In this document: in pieces, positions 9,140 through 17,880 of the stretch
Numbering within the stretch: the stretch's first letter is position 1
How the letters are laid out: each line of letters begins with the position of its first letter
Assembly (NCBI GenBank): GCA_039029535.1
Contig: JBCCFW010000004.1
Location: forward strand, 41,512 to 105,511
Origin: Acidobacteriota bacterium
GTDB taxonomy: Bacteria > Acidobacteriota > JBCCFW01
DNA: 64,000 bases
Reading direction: 5' to 3'
Program-made: the position numbers and the translations under genes
Notes under the pieces: generated by a model
Told to the model about the DNA's origin: nothing
What the model saw: the letters and a program-made list of their open reading frames with translations, nothing else
Database searches by the model: none

Positions 9140-9364
9140 GAGCTTCCGTTCCCACCGTGCGGACGGTCGAGACAGAGAACCTGGATCAGGAGGGGGCCGA
9201 GGTCAAGGTTTGGGCGGATCCTCGAAGGCAGACGAGCGGTGAACGAGAGTTCCGGAGATGTCGACGTGTCCTCCCTCTCTCATCAATGGCTGGTCGCTCC
9301 GCTGCTGCTCAGTCGCTCCGGTAGAATCCTCGCTTGCCTCGCACGCTCGGGGTGGAGGGGGCTG

Positions 9365-9988
9365 ATGACACTACCGACGAAGGGGAGCCGGCGGCTCGTG
9401 CATGACGGCACGGCCTATCGCTGGTTGCTGACCTCGCGACAGGACCTGCTCCACCTGACCGTCGAGCTCGACGAGGAGCCCGGTCAGGTTCTGCGGGCCT
9501 TCTTCGAGCCTCATGACCAGTACCGGCGTGGCGAGGACAGGCGATGGTCCTTTCATCGTCAAGGACGTGAGGTCACGCCGTCGCTCGTGAGCCGGGTCGT
9601 CGGCCACGGGCTTGCCAACGGCTGGGAGCCGGCGGTGAGAGGGAAACCGCCGCTCGAGATCTACACCTGGCAGGTCGAGGACCTCCCGAAGGTTGAGACC
9701 TCCGAGGACGAAGTGGCCCTGCGGGAGATCGCCGCCGCCGAGGTCACCGACCTGCTGTTCGACATCAGCACCGATGCGGCATGGCGTCAGCGTCTCTTCG
9801 ACGCGCCCGTGCATCAGCGAATCTCCATCCCCGAGGAGGAGCTGTCGAGGCGCGTTCGCGGTCTCGGCCTGCGCTTCGCGGTCTTCAATGACGGGTGGTT
9901 GGGCGACGGCTTCGTCGTGTTCGGCATCGAGTCGGTCGACTTCTCCCACGTGGTCATGTACACCACCAACAACGCCAGCATCATCTGA
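9365..9988 (+). CDS. hypothetical protein
   Basis: Internal ATG at 9365 preceded by GGAGGGGG. The upstream part of ORF-track entry 8516..9988 is antisense to the ABC ATPase gene. Confidence 0.45.
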   Translation: MTLPTKGSRRLVHDGTAYRWLLTSRQDLLHLTVELDEEPGQVLRAFFEPHDQYRRGEDRRWSFHRQGREVTPSLVSRVVGHGLANGWEPAVRGKPPLEIYTWQVEDLPKVETSEDEVALREIAAAEVTDLLFDISTDAAWRQRLFDAPVHQRISIPEEELSRRVRGLGLRFAVFNDGWLGDGFVVFGIESVDFSHVVMYTTNNASII

Positions 9989-10000
9989 CGGAGATGCCCG

Positions 10001-10462
10001 ATGAACGTGACACTCCGAGAAATCACCGCCGACACCGTCGTGAGCATCATCAAGCTCACCGTTGCCGAGAGCCAGAAGGGCTACGTCGCGAGCAACTCCG
10101 TGTCGCTCGCCCAGGCGCTCTTCCAGGAGGAGGCGTGGTACCGCGCGGTCTACCTCGACGACGAGCCGGTCGGCTTCGTGATGCTCGAGGATGACTCCCT
10201 GGCCTCGGAGCCTCCCGACGAGCCGGGCGTCTACCTCTGGCGCTTCATGATCGACGAGAAGTTCCAGGGCCGTGGGATCGGCAAGGCCGCGCTGGAGCTC
10301 GTCATCGAGCACGTCCGCACGAACCGCACGGCACCGAAGCTCACGCTGTCGTACGTGCCCGGACCCGGTGAGCCCGCCGACTTCTACCGGGGTTTCGGCT
10401 TCGAGCCCACCGGTGAGGTCGACGAGGGTGAGATCGTCATGGCCCTGGAGATCGCTCGTTAG
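10001..10462 (+). CDS. GNAT family N-acetyltransferase
   Basis: 153 aa with the acetyl-CoA binding motif QGRGIGKAAL. Confidence 0.8.
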   Translation: MNVTLREITADTVVSIIKLTVAESQKGYVASNSVSLAQALFQEEAWYRAVYLDDEPVGFVMLEDDSLASEPPDEPGVYLWRFMIDEKFQGRGIGKAALELVIEHVRTNRTAPKLTLSYVPGPGEPADFYRGFGFEPTGEVDEGEIVMALEIAR

Positions 10463-10480
10463 CTGAGCGCCGTTCGCGGC

Positions 10481-12427
10481 TCACTTGCCCTTTGCGACGC
10501 TCCCGACCACGAGGTACTGGTCCAGGTCGAAGCCGAGCGTGTCGTCGAAGGTCAGCTCGGACTCCAGCTCGGGGTGAGCGGTCACCGGCTCGAGCGTGAG
10601 CAGCTCCACCCGACCCTCGCCCCAGGTGTTGCTCTCGGGGAGCTGCTTCTTGTCGAGGTGGCTCCAGCGGAGCAGGCTCACCTGCTCGTCGTCGAGCTCA
10701 CCCGACACCACGTCGAGCACGTCGGCGACCTGCACGACCAGCGCCCGTCGGTAGGTCTCGAGCTGCTCGATCGTCGGCACCTCGGTGATCTCGGAGATCC
10801 GACAGCGCACCTGCACGCGAGGAGCCGGCGTGCGGGAGGCGATCGCGGTCGTCACGAGCGACGCCCGCTGAGCGACCTTCTCGTCCGGAAGACGACGCGC
10901 CAGGAGCATGAGCTTCTCGAGACGACCCGACCACGAGTCGCGTCCGTCGGCGAGGCTGCCGATCGAGAGCTCGGCCTCGGTGAACCCACCGAAGGGATGA
11001 CCGGCCGGGATGGCACGGACGTTTTCGCCGTTCACGAACACCGCACCTTCCGCACCGTCGAGAGTGACGATCAGGTGCGCTGGCGAGGCCCCGCCGCCCG
11101 GCAAGGGCGCCAGCGTGACGAAGTCCTTCCGGCCGGGCCAGAGCCCTCTCAGGTCAGCGCCGCTCTGCTTCAACACGAGCCCGGACCACGACAGCAGCAC
11201 GCCGTCCTGAGGACCGTCCGGCGTGATCGTCATCTCCACCGTGAGCGCTTCCTTCGTGGCCACGTGATCGACCAGCGGCGACGGAACCGTGCCGAAGAAG
11301 CGGCCGCGTCCGAGCTGCATGTCATGACGCGAGCCGTAGCGGGCCCGACCCGCCGGGGTGAGCCGACAGTCGAGGCCTCGACCATCGGGCCCCGGCACCT
11401 GGTTCGACGCCGTCGCGACGTCCCAGCCGAACACCGCGTCGGTCTCGTCGGGCGGCCAGGTCGTTCGCGTCGCCTTCGTGGAGCCGCCATCGGCGGGGTC
11501 CTTCGGTCGCGTGCGTGCCACCGTGCCGGCCGGCCGCTCGTGGTTGGTGGCGACGAAGAGGTCCGGGTAGCTGGCGAAGCCACCGCCGGTGCTCAGGCGG
11601 AAGCAGCGGCTCGTCGAGACCTGAACGACGTAAGCCTCACGCTTCGACTCCTTCTTCGAGTCCCCCTGGGCGGCGATCCAGTCGTCGTCGTTGCTCCAGT
11701 GGTGGTTGTCCCAGCGCCGATCGGGCAGGCAGCCGCTGGCCCAGACGCTGACGAGCTCACCACCGCCCCAGGGCTGGAGCTGGAGCTCCTCGTGGCTGCC
11801 CACGTTGTTCATGATCCGCGAGCCGTCGGGAGAGGTGCCCGACGAGCAGCCGCGTGCGTACTTGCGATGGCTGCGCTGCACGAGGTCGATGGCGTAGAGG
11901 TCGTGACCCCAGCGCATGGCCAGGCGCGTGCCGTCCGCGGAGATGCCCGGCTCGCCCGTGTACTGACCCGGCAGCTCGAGCGAGCGCTGGACGCCCGTCT
12001 CGACATTCACCGCCCAGACACGATCTTCCTCGGGCTTCATGAAGACGATCTCGCGACCGTTGGCGTGGAACTCGAGCGCGCAGCCGTGCTTCTCCCAGGC
12101 ACCTTCGACCAGGGGCTTGCGCTCCTGCCCCTCGGCATCCCACAGCTCGATGCGACCGGCTCCCTCGCCGGTCCGGACGAAGACGGCGAGACGCGTACCG
12201 TCGGGGCTCCAGCGGGCGTAGTCGCCCGCGCCGAGCTCGCGCTCGCCTTCGGTCCCGACGTCGACCCGGAGGACGCGACCTTGTCGGGTGAACACCACCG
12301 AGCCCTCGATGAGTGTCGAGAGGCCGCCGTGGGCGGCGTCGGGCTCCGGCAGGGGAGGCGGCGCGGGGGCGCTCGAACACGATGCGGTGGCTAGCCAGAG
12401 GAGCACCGCTACGAGGAGGAGACGCAT
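10481..12427 (-). CDS. lipoprotein with TolB-like WD40/PD40 beta-propeller
   Basis: Start at the internal ATG at 12427, giving MRLLLVAVLLWLATASC with lipobox ASC. Repeated ...SPDG(T/S)R... beta-propeller blades. Last gene of the AlgJ/AlgX operon. Confidence 0.6.
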   Translation of the reverse strand: MRLLLVAVLLWLATASCSSAPAPPPLPEPDAAHGGLSTLIEGSVVFTRQGRVLRVDVGTEGERELGAGDYARWSPDGTRLAVFVRTGEGAGRIELWDAEGQERKPLVEGAWEKHGCALEFHANGREIVFMKPEEDRVWAVNVETGVQRSLELPGQYTGEPGISADGTRLAMRWGHDLYAIDLVQRSHRKYARGCSSGTSPDGSRIMNNVGSHEELQLQPWGGGELVSVWASGCLPDRRWDNHHWSNDDDWIAAQGDSKKESKREAYVVQVSTSRCFRLSTGGGFASYPDLFVATNHERPAGTVARTRPKDPADGGSTKATRTTWPPDETDAVFGWDVATASNQVPGPDGRGLDCRLTPAGRARYGSRHDMQLGRGRFFGTVPSPLVDHVATKEALTVEMTITPDGPQDGVLLSWSGLVLKQSGADLRGLWPGRKDFVTLAPLPGGGASPAHLIVTLDGAEGAVFVNGENVRAIPAGHPFGGFTEAELSIGSLADGRDSWSGRLEKLMLLARRLPDEKVAQRASLVTTAIASRTPAPRVQVRCRISEITEVPTIEQLETYRRALVVQVADVLDVVSGELDDEQVSLLRWSHLDKKQLPESNTWGEGRVELLTLEPVTAHPELESELTFDDTLGFDLDQYLVVGSVAKGK

Positions 12428-12432
12428 GAGAG

Positions 12433-13482
12433 CTATCCGGGTTCGGAGCTGGGGGGAGGCGGCACGGGGACCTTCCGCCAGCCGCTGGCCTGCGTCAGCT
12501 CGCGGGCGGTGAAGCACCACACGACGGCGCGCTTGCCGGCCAGCCACGACGGATCGCGGCGTGCCTTGCGGAACAGGCTGATCCGCGCCGGCGTCGCACC
12601 GGAGCCCCGCACGCCGAGGACGTCGACCCGACGACCGAGACGCCGCGCGAGCTGCTCGGGGAGACCGGCACCCTTGGCGTGAAGGTCGGCCCCGACCGAG
12701 AACACGAGCACGTGCGAGTCGCCCAACACGAGGACGGGGCTCTCGGGGTCGCTCGCGAGCGGCTCGAAGCCCGCGTCGGTCTTCGTGCCGATGAAGTCGA
12801 GCGTGAGCTGCTCCTGCGCCGGTCGTTCTTCCAGCTCGCGCCAGAGGTCGCCCTCGATGGTGATCGTCCGCGGCTCGGCGACGAATCCACCCGGTCCGGC
12901 TTCGAGCGCCTTCGTGTCCAGCAGTTGCTTGGCGGTCTGCTCGGCGGCGAGCTCGATGGCCGGCCCCGCCCAGTGCGTGTCGCTGCGACAGTAGGGCGCG
13001 CGCTTCGGGTCGGCCCGGAGGGACTCGAGCTCGGGCAGCAGGTCGAGCACGGTGAGGCCGGACTCGCGGAGGAGCTTCAGGAACTCGAGGTGCGTCGCGC
13101 GGGCGGCGGTGGGGTCGGTCGCGGTCTCACCCGGTAGCTTCGCGTGATGGACCAGCGCCTTCGGCGGCACCGGCACGAGGACGAGCTCGATGTCGTGCGC
13201 GGCCAGCCCTTCGCGGAAGTCGAGGATGGCCGGGAGAGGGTCGGCCTCGGCAGGCTTGCGCGCTCGCGAGACCTTCGCGGCGTTCTCCCCCCAGAACGGA
13301 CCCGCCGCCACGTGGCGCAGGTCGGAGGGGAGGAACAGCCAGTCGTCCTTGCCGCGGATGACCGACTCGTCGCGGGACTTGGCCTCCTCGACCAGACGCG
13401 CGCAGCGGTCGACGAGCTCCTCGGCTGACGCCGACACGGCGAGGCCCGCGGCCACGATGAGCAGCAGCCGAGCGAGGCTCAT
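12433..13482 (-). CDS. AlgX/AlgJ-like SGNH-fold polysaccharide O-acetyltransferase family protein (periplasmic)
   Basis: Signal peptide MSLARLLLIVAAGLAVSASA. Family signature D-x-H-W (CRSDTHWAGP). ATGA overlap with the upstream gene. Confidence 0.6.
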   Translation of the reverse strand: MSLARLLLIVAAGLAVSASAEELVDRCARLVEEAKSRDESVIRGKDDWLFLPSDLRHVAAGPFWGENAAKVSRARKPAEADPLPAILDFREGLAAHDIELVLVPVPPKALVHHAKLPGETATDPTAARATHLEFLKLLRESGLTVLDLLPELESLRADPKRAPYCRSDTHWAGPAIELAAEQTAKQLLDTKALEAGPGGFVAEPRTITIEGDLWRELEERPAQEQLTLDFIGTKTDAGFEPLASDPESPVLVLGDSHVLVFSVGADLHAKGAGLPEQLARRLGRRVDVLGVRGSGATPARISLFRKARRDPSWLAGKRAVVWCFTARELTQASGWRKVPVPPPPSSEPG

Positions 13483-15188
13483 CGCAGGACCTCGAGGTCT
13501 TCGATCCACAGCGGTTCTTCGAACAAGAGATCCTCGTCGTCGAGCTCGCTGCGAGAGAGACCGCCGAGCTCGTCTTCCACCTCGGCCCAGGGCCGGAGCG
13601 TCATCTTCACGCGTTGACCCGGTCGCAGCCTCGCGGCCGGCGTCCAGCGATGATCTCTCATCCCGTGAACGTGCGCGAGCAGCTCGGTCGCCGGTTCGTC
13701 GTTCATGAGATCCGTCGAGACCGGGTCGGCCAGGTGGAGCGTCATGACGTGGTCGGCGTAGGGCACGCTGCGGGGGCGGGGCACCACCGAGGCGGCGAGC
13801 ACCGTCGCCTCGACCACGCCGCTCCAGCCGTCGGGCGCGGTGACGAAGCGCGAGGGGCGCGGCTCACCGAGCACCAGCGGCAGGACTTCCCAGTCGCCGA
13901 ACGACAGCTCGCGTTCGGCGAGCTCCCAGACGACGACCTTCTTGTCGGCCAAGCGATCGCGACCCGAAGCGAGCTCGCGGTGCAGCACGCGGCGGCTCTC
14001 CACCGCACCACCCGCGTTGACGGCGATGCGATCGACGGGGGCCTCGAGCTCGAGCGCGAGTTGCTCGGCGAGCCCCGCGTCCTCGCCCCAGCCCAGTGAC
14101 GGCAGCGAGAAGACGTTGGTGAAGCTGTCGCCGAGCAGGAGAACCTCGGCCTCGCGCGACGGACGCCAGGTCTCGGACGCTGCGGTGCTCACGCGGCGGA
14201 GCTCGATTCGCTGCGCCGGAAAGCGGTCCTGCTCCTCGGGCAGCGACAGCATCCGCACGATGTCGCCTTCACCGTCGACCGTCGCGGCGTCACCACGCAG
14301 GCGAGCGGTGCCCGTGCGGACGCCGAGATCGCGGAGCGTCGTGGCCAAGCGAGCCGCCGCCAGCTCGACGGCAATCGGTGACCAGTGGCTGTCGGTGCGG
14401 AGGAACACCTCGTCTCCACGAGCCAGCGCGAAGAGCTCCGCCCGCAGGTCGACGACGGTGACGCCCGACTCGGCCAAGGTGGCGAGCAGGTCGCTGGTCG
14501 ACGGGTTCTGCAGCGCCGCGTCGAAGCTGCCGCTGGCGAGCTGCTCGGGATGGATGGCGGCCTTGCCGGGAACCGGCAGCACGACGAGCGCGATGTCGCG
14601 TTCGGCGAGGTCACGGTGGAGCTGAAGGATGGCCGGCGTCGGATCGATGCCGGGGACCGCATCCCAGCTCGGAGCGGCGTCGCGTCGGGACTCGACGTGG
14701 CGAGCGTCGTGGAAGGCCGGACCGGTGAGGTGGTCGACCCCCGGTCGAAAGAACAGCCAGCCCGGGCGGCCGAGGTAGCTGTCTTCGGTCCCTTGACGCA
14801 GTGCTCCCGACATCAAGAGACGGACGGGCGAGACCAGCCCCGCATTCAGGAAAGACGCGTCTTCGAGGGAGCGCTCGTGAGCGGTCATCCCCGCCAGGAG
14901 GCGCCGATTGGCCGCGAGGAGCCCTCTGAGCCCACCACCGGCTTCCCGATGCGCGGCGGGTAGGCCGGGCAGCACGTGCAGCAGGTCGAGCACCGAGGGC
15001 AGGGCGGAGCTTCGTTCGCCACGTCGGTGGGACGCGAGGTCGAGTCCTGCCTGCACGAGTGGGACGACCAGCAGCAGGAGCACGAAGCCGAGGCTCAGCG
15101 CGCGTGCGACGCTGGGCTCGACCTCGGTGTGCCCGATCTCGACGTGGGCCTGGGCCTCGCGGTCGGTGGTCCGGTTGGGGGCGGACAT
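13479..15188 (-). CDS. AlgJ-like membrane-anchored polysaccharide O-acetylation protein with C-terminal extra domain
   Basis: N-terminal TM anchor and signature LRTDSHWSP. Start chosen at ATG 15188 (alternative 15206). Confidence 0.55.
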   Translation of the reverse strand: MSAPNRTTDREAQAHVEIGHTEVEPSVARALSLGFVLLLLVVPLVQAGLDLASHRRGERSSALPSVLDLLHVLPGLPAAHREAGGGLRGLLAANRRLLAGMTAHERSLEDASFLNAGLVSPVRLLMSGALRQGTEDSYLGRPGWLFFRPGVDHLTGPAFHDARHVESRRDAAPSWDAVPGIDPTPAILQLHRDLAERDIALVVLPVPGKAAIHPEQLASGSFDAALQNPSTSDLLATLAESGVTVVDLRAELFALARGDEVFLRTDSHWSPIAVELAAARLATTLRDLGVRTGTARLRGDAATVDGEGDIVRMLSLPEEQDRFPAQRIELRRVSTAASETWRPSREAEVLLLGDSFTNVFSLPSLGWGEDAGLAEQLALELEAPVDRIAVNAGGAVESRRVLHRELASGRDRLADKKVVVWELAERELSFGDWEVLPLVLGEPRPSRFVTAPDGWSGVVEATVLAASVVPRPRSVPYADHVMTLHLADPVSTDLMNDEPATELLAHVHGMRDHRWTPAARLRPGQRVKMTLRPWAEVEDELGGLSRSELDDEDLLFEEPLWIEDLEVLR

Positions 15189-15202
15189 GCAACCCGGACT
15201 CT

Positions 15203-15384
15203 TCATGAGTGTTCGTTGCGAGTGGCTAGCCGAGAAGGGCGCACGTAGCCGCGAAGCCCGTGGCTCAATCCGGTGGGAACCGCGGAATGAGAGCCGGAGG
15301 CGCACTTGATGGTGCGTTGAGGACCGAGGGGCGAGTACGCCCTTCGCAGGCAGCACATCTGGTCACGCAGCAGGAGACTCATGG
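15203..15384. repeat. copy B of the ~190-nt conserved element (candidate structured RNA), closing inverted repeat TCATGAGT...ACTCATGG
   Basis: Aligns to 1126-1320. The closing-helix change G..C to C..G is compensatory between copies. Lies in the intergenic space upstream of the AlgJ-like gene. Confidence 0.5.
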
Positions 15385-15399
15385 AGTGTCCGGGTTTCG

Positions 15400-17880
15400 T
15401 CACTCGACGGGGAGGAGGTCGAAGCACGGCACGGGCCTGCCGCGAAGGTCGCGGACGAAGTCGCGATCGGGGTCGCGAGTCTGACAGTAGCTCGCTGTGG
15501 TCGGGAGCGCGAGGGGCGTGGCGGTCTCGACCCGGACCGTGGTGCCGAAGCCGACGATGGAGATGGCGGTGGCCTCAGGCCCGGCGCCGTCGTCGTAGTA
15601 GAAGAGGTTGGCGTGAAGACCGCCGCCGTCGAAGCTGACGAAGCCGTCGAAGACGTAGTCGACGTACGAGCCTCCCGGTCCCGGCTCGATGCGCACGAGC
15701 TCGACGAGCGAGTCGACGGGCTCGCCGAAGAGGTGCTCGCGCACGGCGTCGGCGAAGCGCACGCCGAGCCTCTTGTACGACGCCGTGTCGAAGTGGAAGT
15801 CGTCGATGCGCGCCGAGTCCATGGTCGTGACGAGATGGGCGTTGACGTCCTCCTCCACGATCAAGCGCTGAGCCTCGCGTATGCGGTTCATCTCGGTGCG
15901 GCTCGGTCCGTCCGAGGTCGCGAGCTGGGCGATGAAGAACGGGAGCTGCGACTGACGGAGGTCGAAGCGGACGAGGGCGAGGAAGTCACGGAGGAAGTCC
16001 GCGTACTCGGTGGTCGAGAGAGCGCCGGCATCGGACTCACCTTGGAACCAGAGCACGGCGGTCAGGCCGTTGCCGTCCTGCTCGAGCACGCGTCGGAGGG
16101 CGTTGCCGTAGAGGCTGCCGTGTCCGAAGGGCGCGTCGTCGTCCCGTTGCCAGTCCGTGCGGATGTTCGTCCCACCCCTTGGTGCCGGGATGATGCCGAC
16201 GGGAAAGCCGGTGCTGGCGTGGATCTCCTTGCCGAAGCGCAGCATGAGGGAATGGGTGGCCTGAGCATCGCCACCGCCGTCGTCGGCCGCCACCGCCTCG
16301 CGCTCGTTCACCGGGTCGTCCATGGGCTCCTGGCCCCGCTTCCAGAGACCGTCGGCGTGGAAGACGTGGACCTCGTCATCGGGTGACTCGATCGGCGAGA
16401 ACGGATCCATCAGGTCGCCGCGGCCCGACATGTTGCTCTGACCCGCGCAAAGGAAGACATCGCCCACGCCCACCTCGAGCAGGGTGTCGTTGCCGAGCAG
16501 GGTGAAGTCGGACTGACGAACGAGCTGCACCTCGATGTCGTAGTTGCCGCCGGCCGGCACGTCGAGGAGCTCGAAGTCGAGCCAGGCGCCGTCGGGCTCC
16601 GCCCCGGTCAGAGTGAGCCGATGGTCTGCGAAGCCGTGCCCTGGCACGAGCGCTCCGCTGTCGCTCTCCAGAACGCGGGCCTGGAGCCAGGCGGGACCGT
16701 CATGACGCAGGTGCAGCCGCAGCGGAATGGTCGCTTCGTCGAATTCGTCGCGCTGGAAGACCTTCCAGTCGTCGGACCACTCGTGATGCCGTCCGATCAC
16801 CAGACCATCCGGTCCCGGCTCCTGGCAGGCGGTGATCCGCTTGATCGGGCGGAGGCCACCGCCCCAGTCACTCATCGCCGAGTGGATGCCCGTGAACTGC
16901 GTGTCGCCGGCGATGTCGAAGATCGCCTGGTCGTCGAGCCAGGTGCTGCTCATGTCGTCGAAGAAGTCGACATGCAGCCGCGAGGTCGTGCCGGCTCCCT
17001 TGCGGAGTCGGAGACGCAGCCGGCGCGAGTCGGGTCCGGTGGGTCCGGCGACCGAGGTCGTCGTCGCGTCGCGTCGTCGCTCGATGAAGTGGAGATCGCC
17101 AGCGTCGCGCACCTGGAGGATCACGCCGGCGCCGGACTGCCACGAGCGGACACCGTCGCTCCAGAGCTCCAGCGAGAAACGACCCATGCCGGGTCCGTAG
17201 TCGACCCACACCGTGGTGTCGAGCTGACGACCGCGGGCGGCGACACGCGAGAACTGCTCGTTCGTGCCCCCATCTCCCGATCCGAACGCGACGACGAGAT
17301 CGGGATCCGGATCGTCGATGACGCCGACCTGGAAAGACATGTTTTCGCTACCGCGCGTCCGCATGTCGGCGGGACGCATCATCGTGATGTCGTCCTCGAA
17401 GGTGTAGGTCTTCGGGTCGCAGGCGTCGCCGATGCCGTCCTCGTTCTGGTCCGCCTGGTCGGGGTTCGCCACGTCGGGGCAGTTGTCGAGCGCACCCTCG
17501 ACGCCGTCGGCGTCCGGGTCGAGGTCGACGACGCAAGGAACGCGGTTCGGTCGCGTCACTCCCTGGCTGGTCGTGCCCAGGGTGCCCTCGCCCGCCGTGT
17601 CGAAGGCGGTGACGAACACGTAGGTCAGCCCGCTCGGACGCGGCCAGTCCGGGGGGACGACCGAGGTCCCCATGACGTCGGGGAGCCGGCACTCGTGGTC
17701 GAAGGGCCGGAGGCTGTCTCCCGCGTGGACGGCGTAGCCGAGCGCACCGGGGACGGGGTCCCAGGTCAGCGTGTCGGCGACCCAGCGGAGGTTGGTGACC
17801 TCACCCGGCTGCGCGCGTGCCGTGTCGAGGCCGGTGGCCAGCAACACGACGACGAGCGCGCAGCGGGCGAGCCGGCTCAA
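15400..17880 (-). CDS. secreted sialate O-acetylesterase-like (SASA/DUF303) carbohydrate esterase with thrombospondin type-3 repeats
   Basis: Signal peptide MSRLARCALVVVLLATGLDTARA. TSP3 Ca-binding repeats (DNCPDVANPDQADQNEDGIGDACD). C-terminal esterase hallmark GQSNMSGRG. TTG start overlapping the upstream stop. Confidence 0.7.
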   Translation of the reverse strand: MSRLARCALVVVLLATGLDTARAQPGEVTNLRWVADTLTWDPVPGALGYAVHAGDSLRPFDHECRLPDVMGTSVVPPDWPRPSGLTYVFVTAFDTAGEGTLGTTSQGVTRPNRVPCVVDLDPDADGVEGALDNCPDVANPDQADQNEDGIGDACDPKTYTFEDDITMMRPADMRTRGSENMSFQVGVIDDPDPDLVVAFGSGDGGTNEQFSRVAARGRQLDTTVWVDYGPGMGRFSLELWSDGVRSWQSGAGVILQVRDAGDLHFIERRRDATTTSVAGPTGPDSRRLRLRLRKGAGTTSRLHVDFFDDMSSTWLDDQAIFDIAGDTQFTGIHSAMSDWGGGLRPIKRITACQEPGPDGLVIGRHHEWSDDWKVFQRDEFDEATIPLRLHLRHDGPAWLQARVLESDSGALVPGHGFADHRLTLTGAEPDGAWLDFELLDVPAGGNYDIEVQLVRQSDFTLLGNDTLLEVGVGDVFLCAGQSNMSGRGDLMDPFSPIESPDDEVHVFHADGLWKRGQEPMDDPVNEREAVAADDGGGDAQATHSLMLRFGKEIHASTGFPVGIIPAPRGGTNIRTDWQRDDDAPFGHGSLYGNALRRVLEQDGNGLTAVLWFQGESDAGALSTTEYADFLRDFLALVRFDLRQSQLPFFIAQLATSDGPSRTEMNRIREAQRLIVEEDVNAHLVTTMDSARIDDFHFDTASYKRLGVRFADAVREHLFGEPVDSLVELVRIEPGPGGSYVDYVFDGFVSFDGGGLHANLFYYDDGAGPEATAISIVGFGTTVRVETATPLALPTTASYCQTRDPDRDFVRDLRGRPVPCFDLLPVE

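Noticed and set aside
8516-9364. Upstream portion of plus-strand ORF 8516..9988
   Set aside because: Antisense to the ABC ATPase gene with acidic low-complexity translation. Only the part from ATG 9365 (good SD, intergenic start) was kept.
10574-12394. 606-aa plus-strand ORF opposite the beta-propeller lipoprotein gene
   Set aside because: Antisense artefact. The minus-strand frame has a lipoprotein signal peptide and repeated PD40-like blades.
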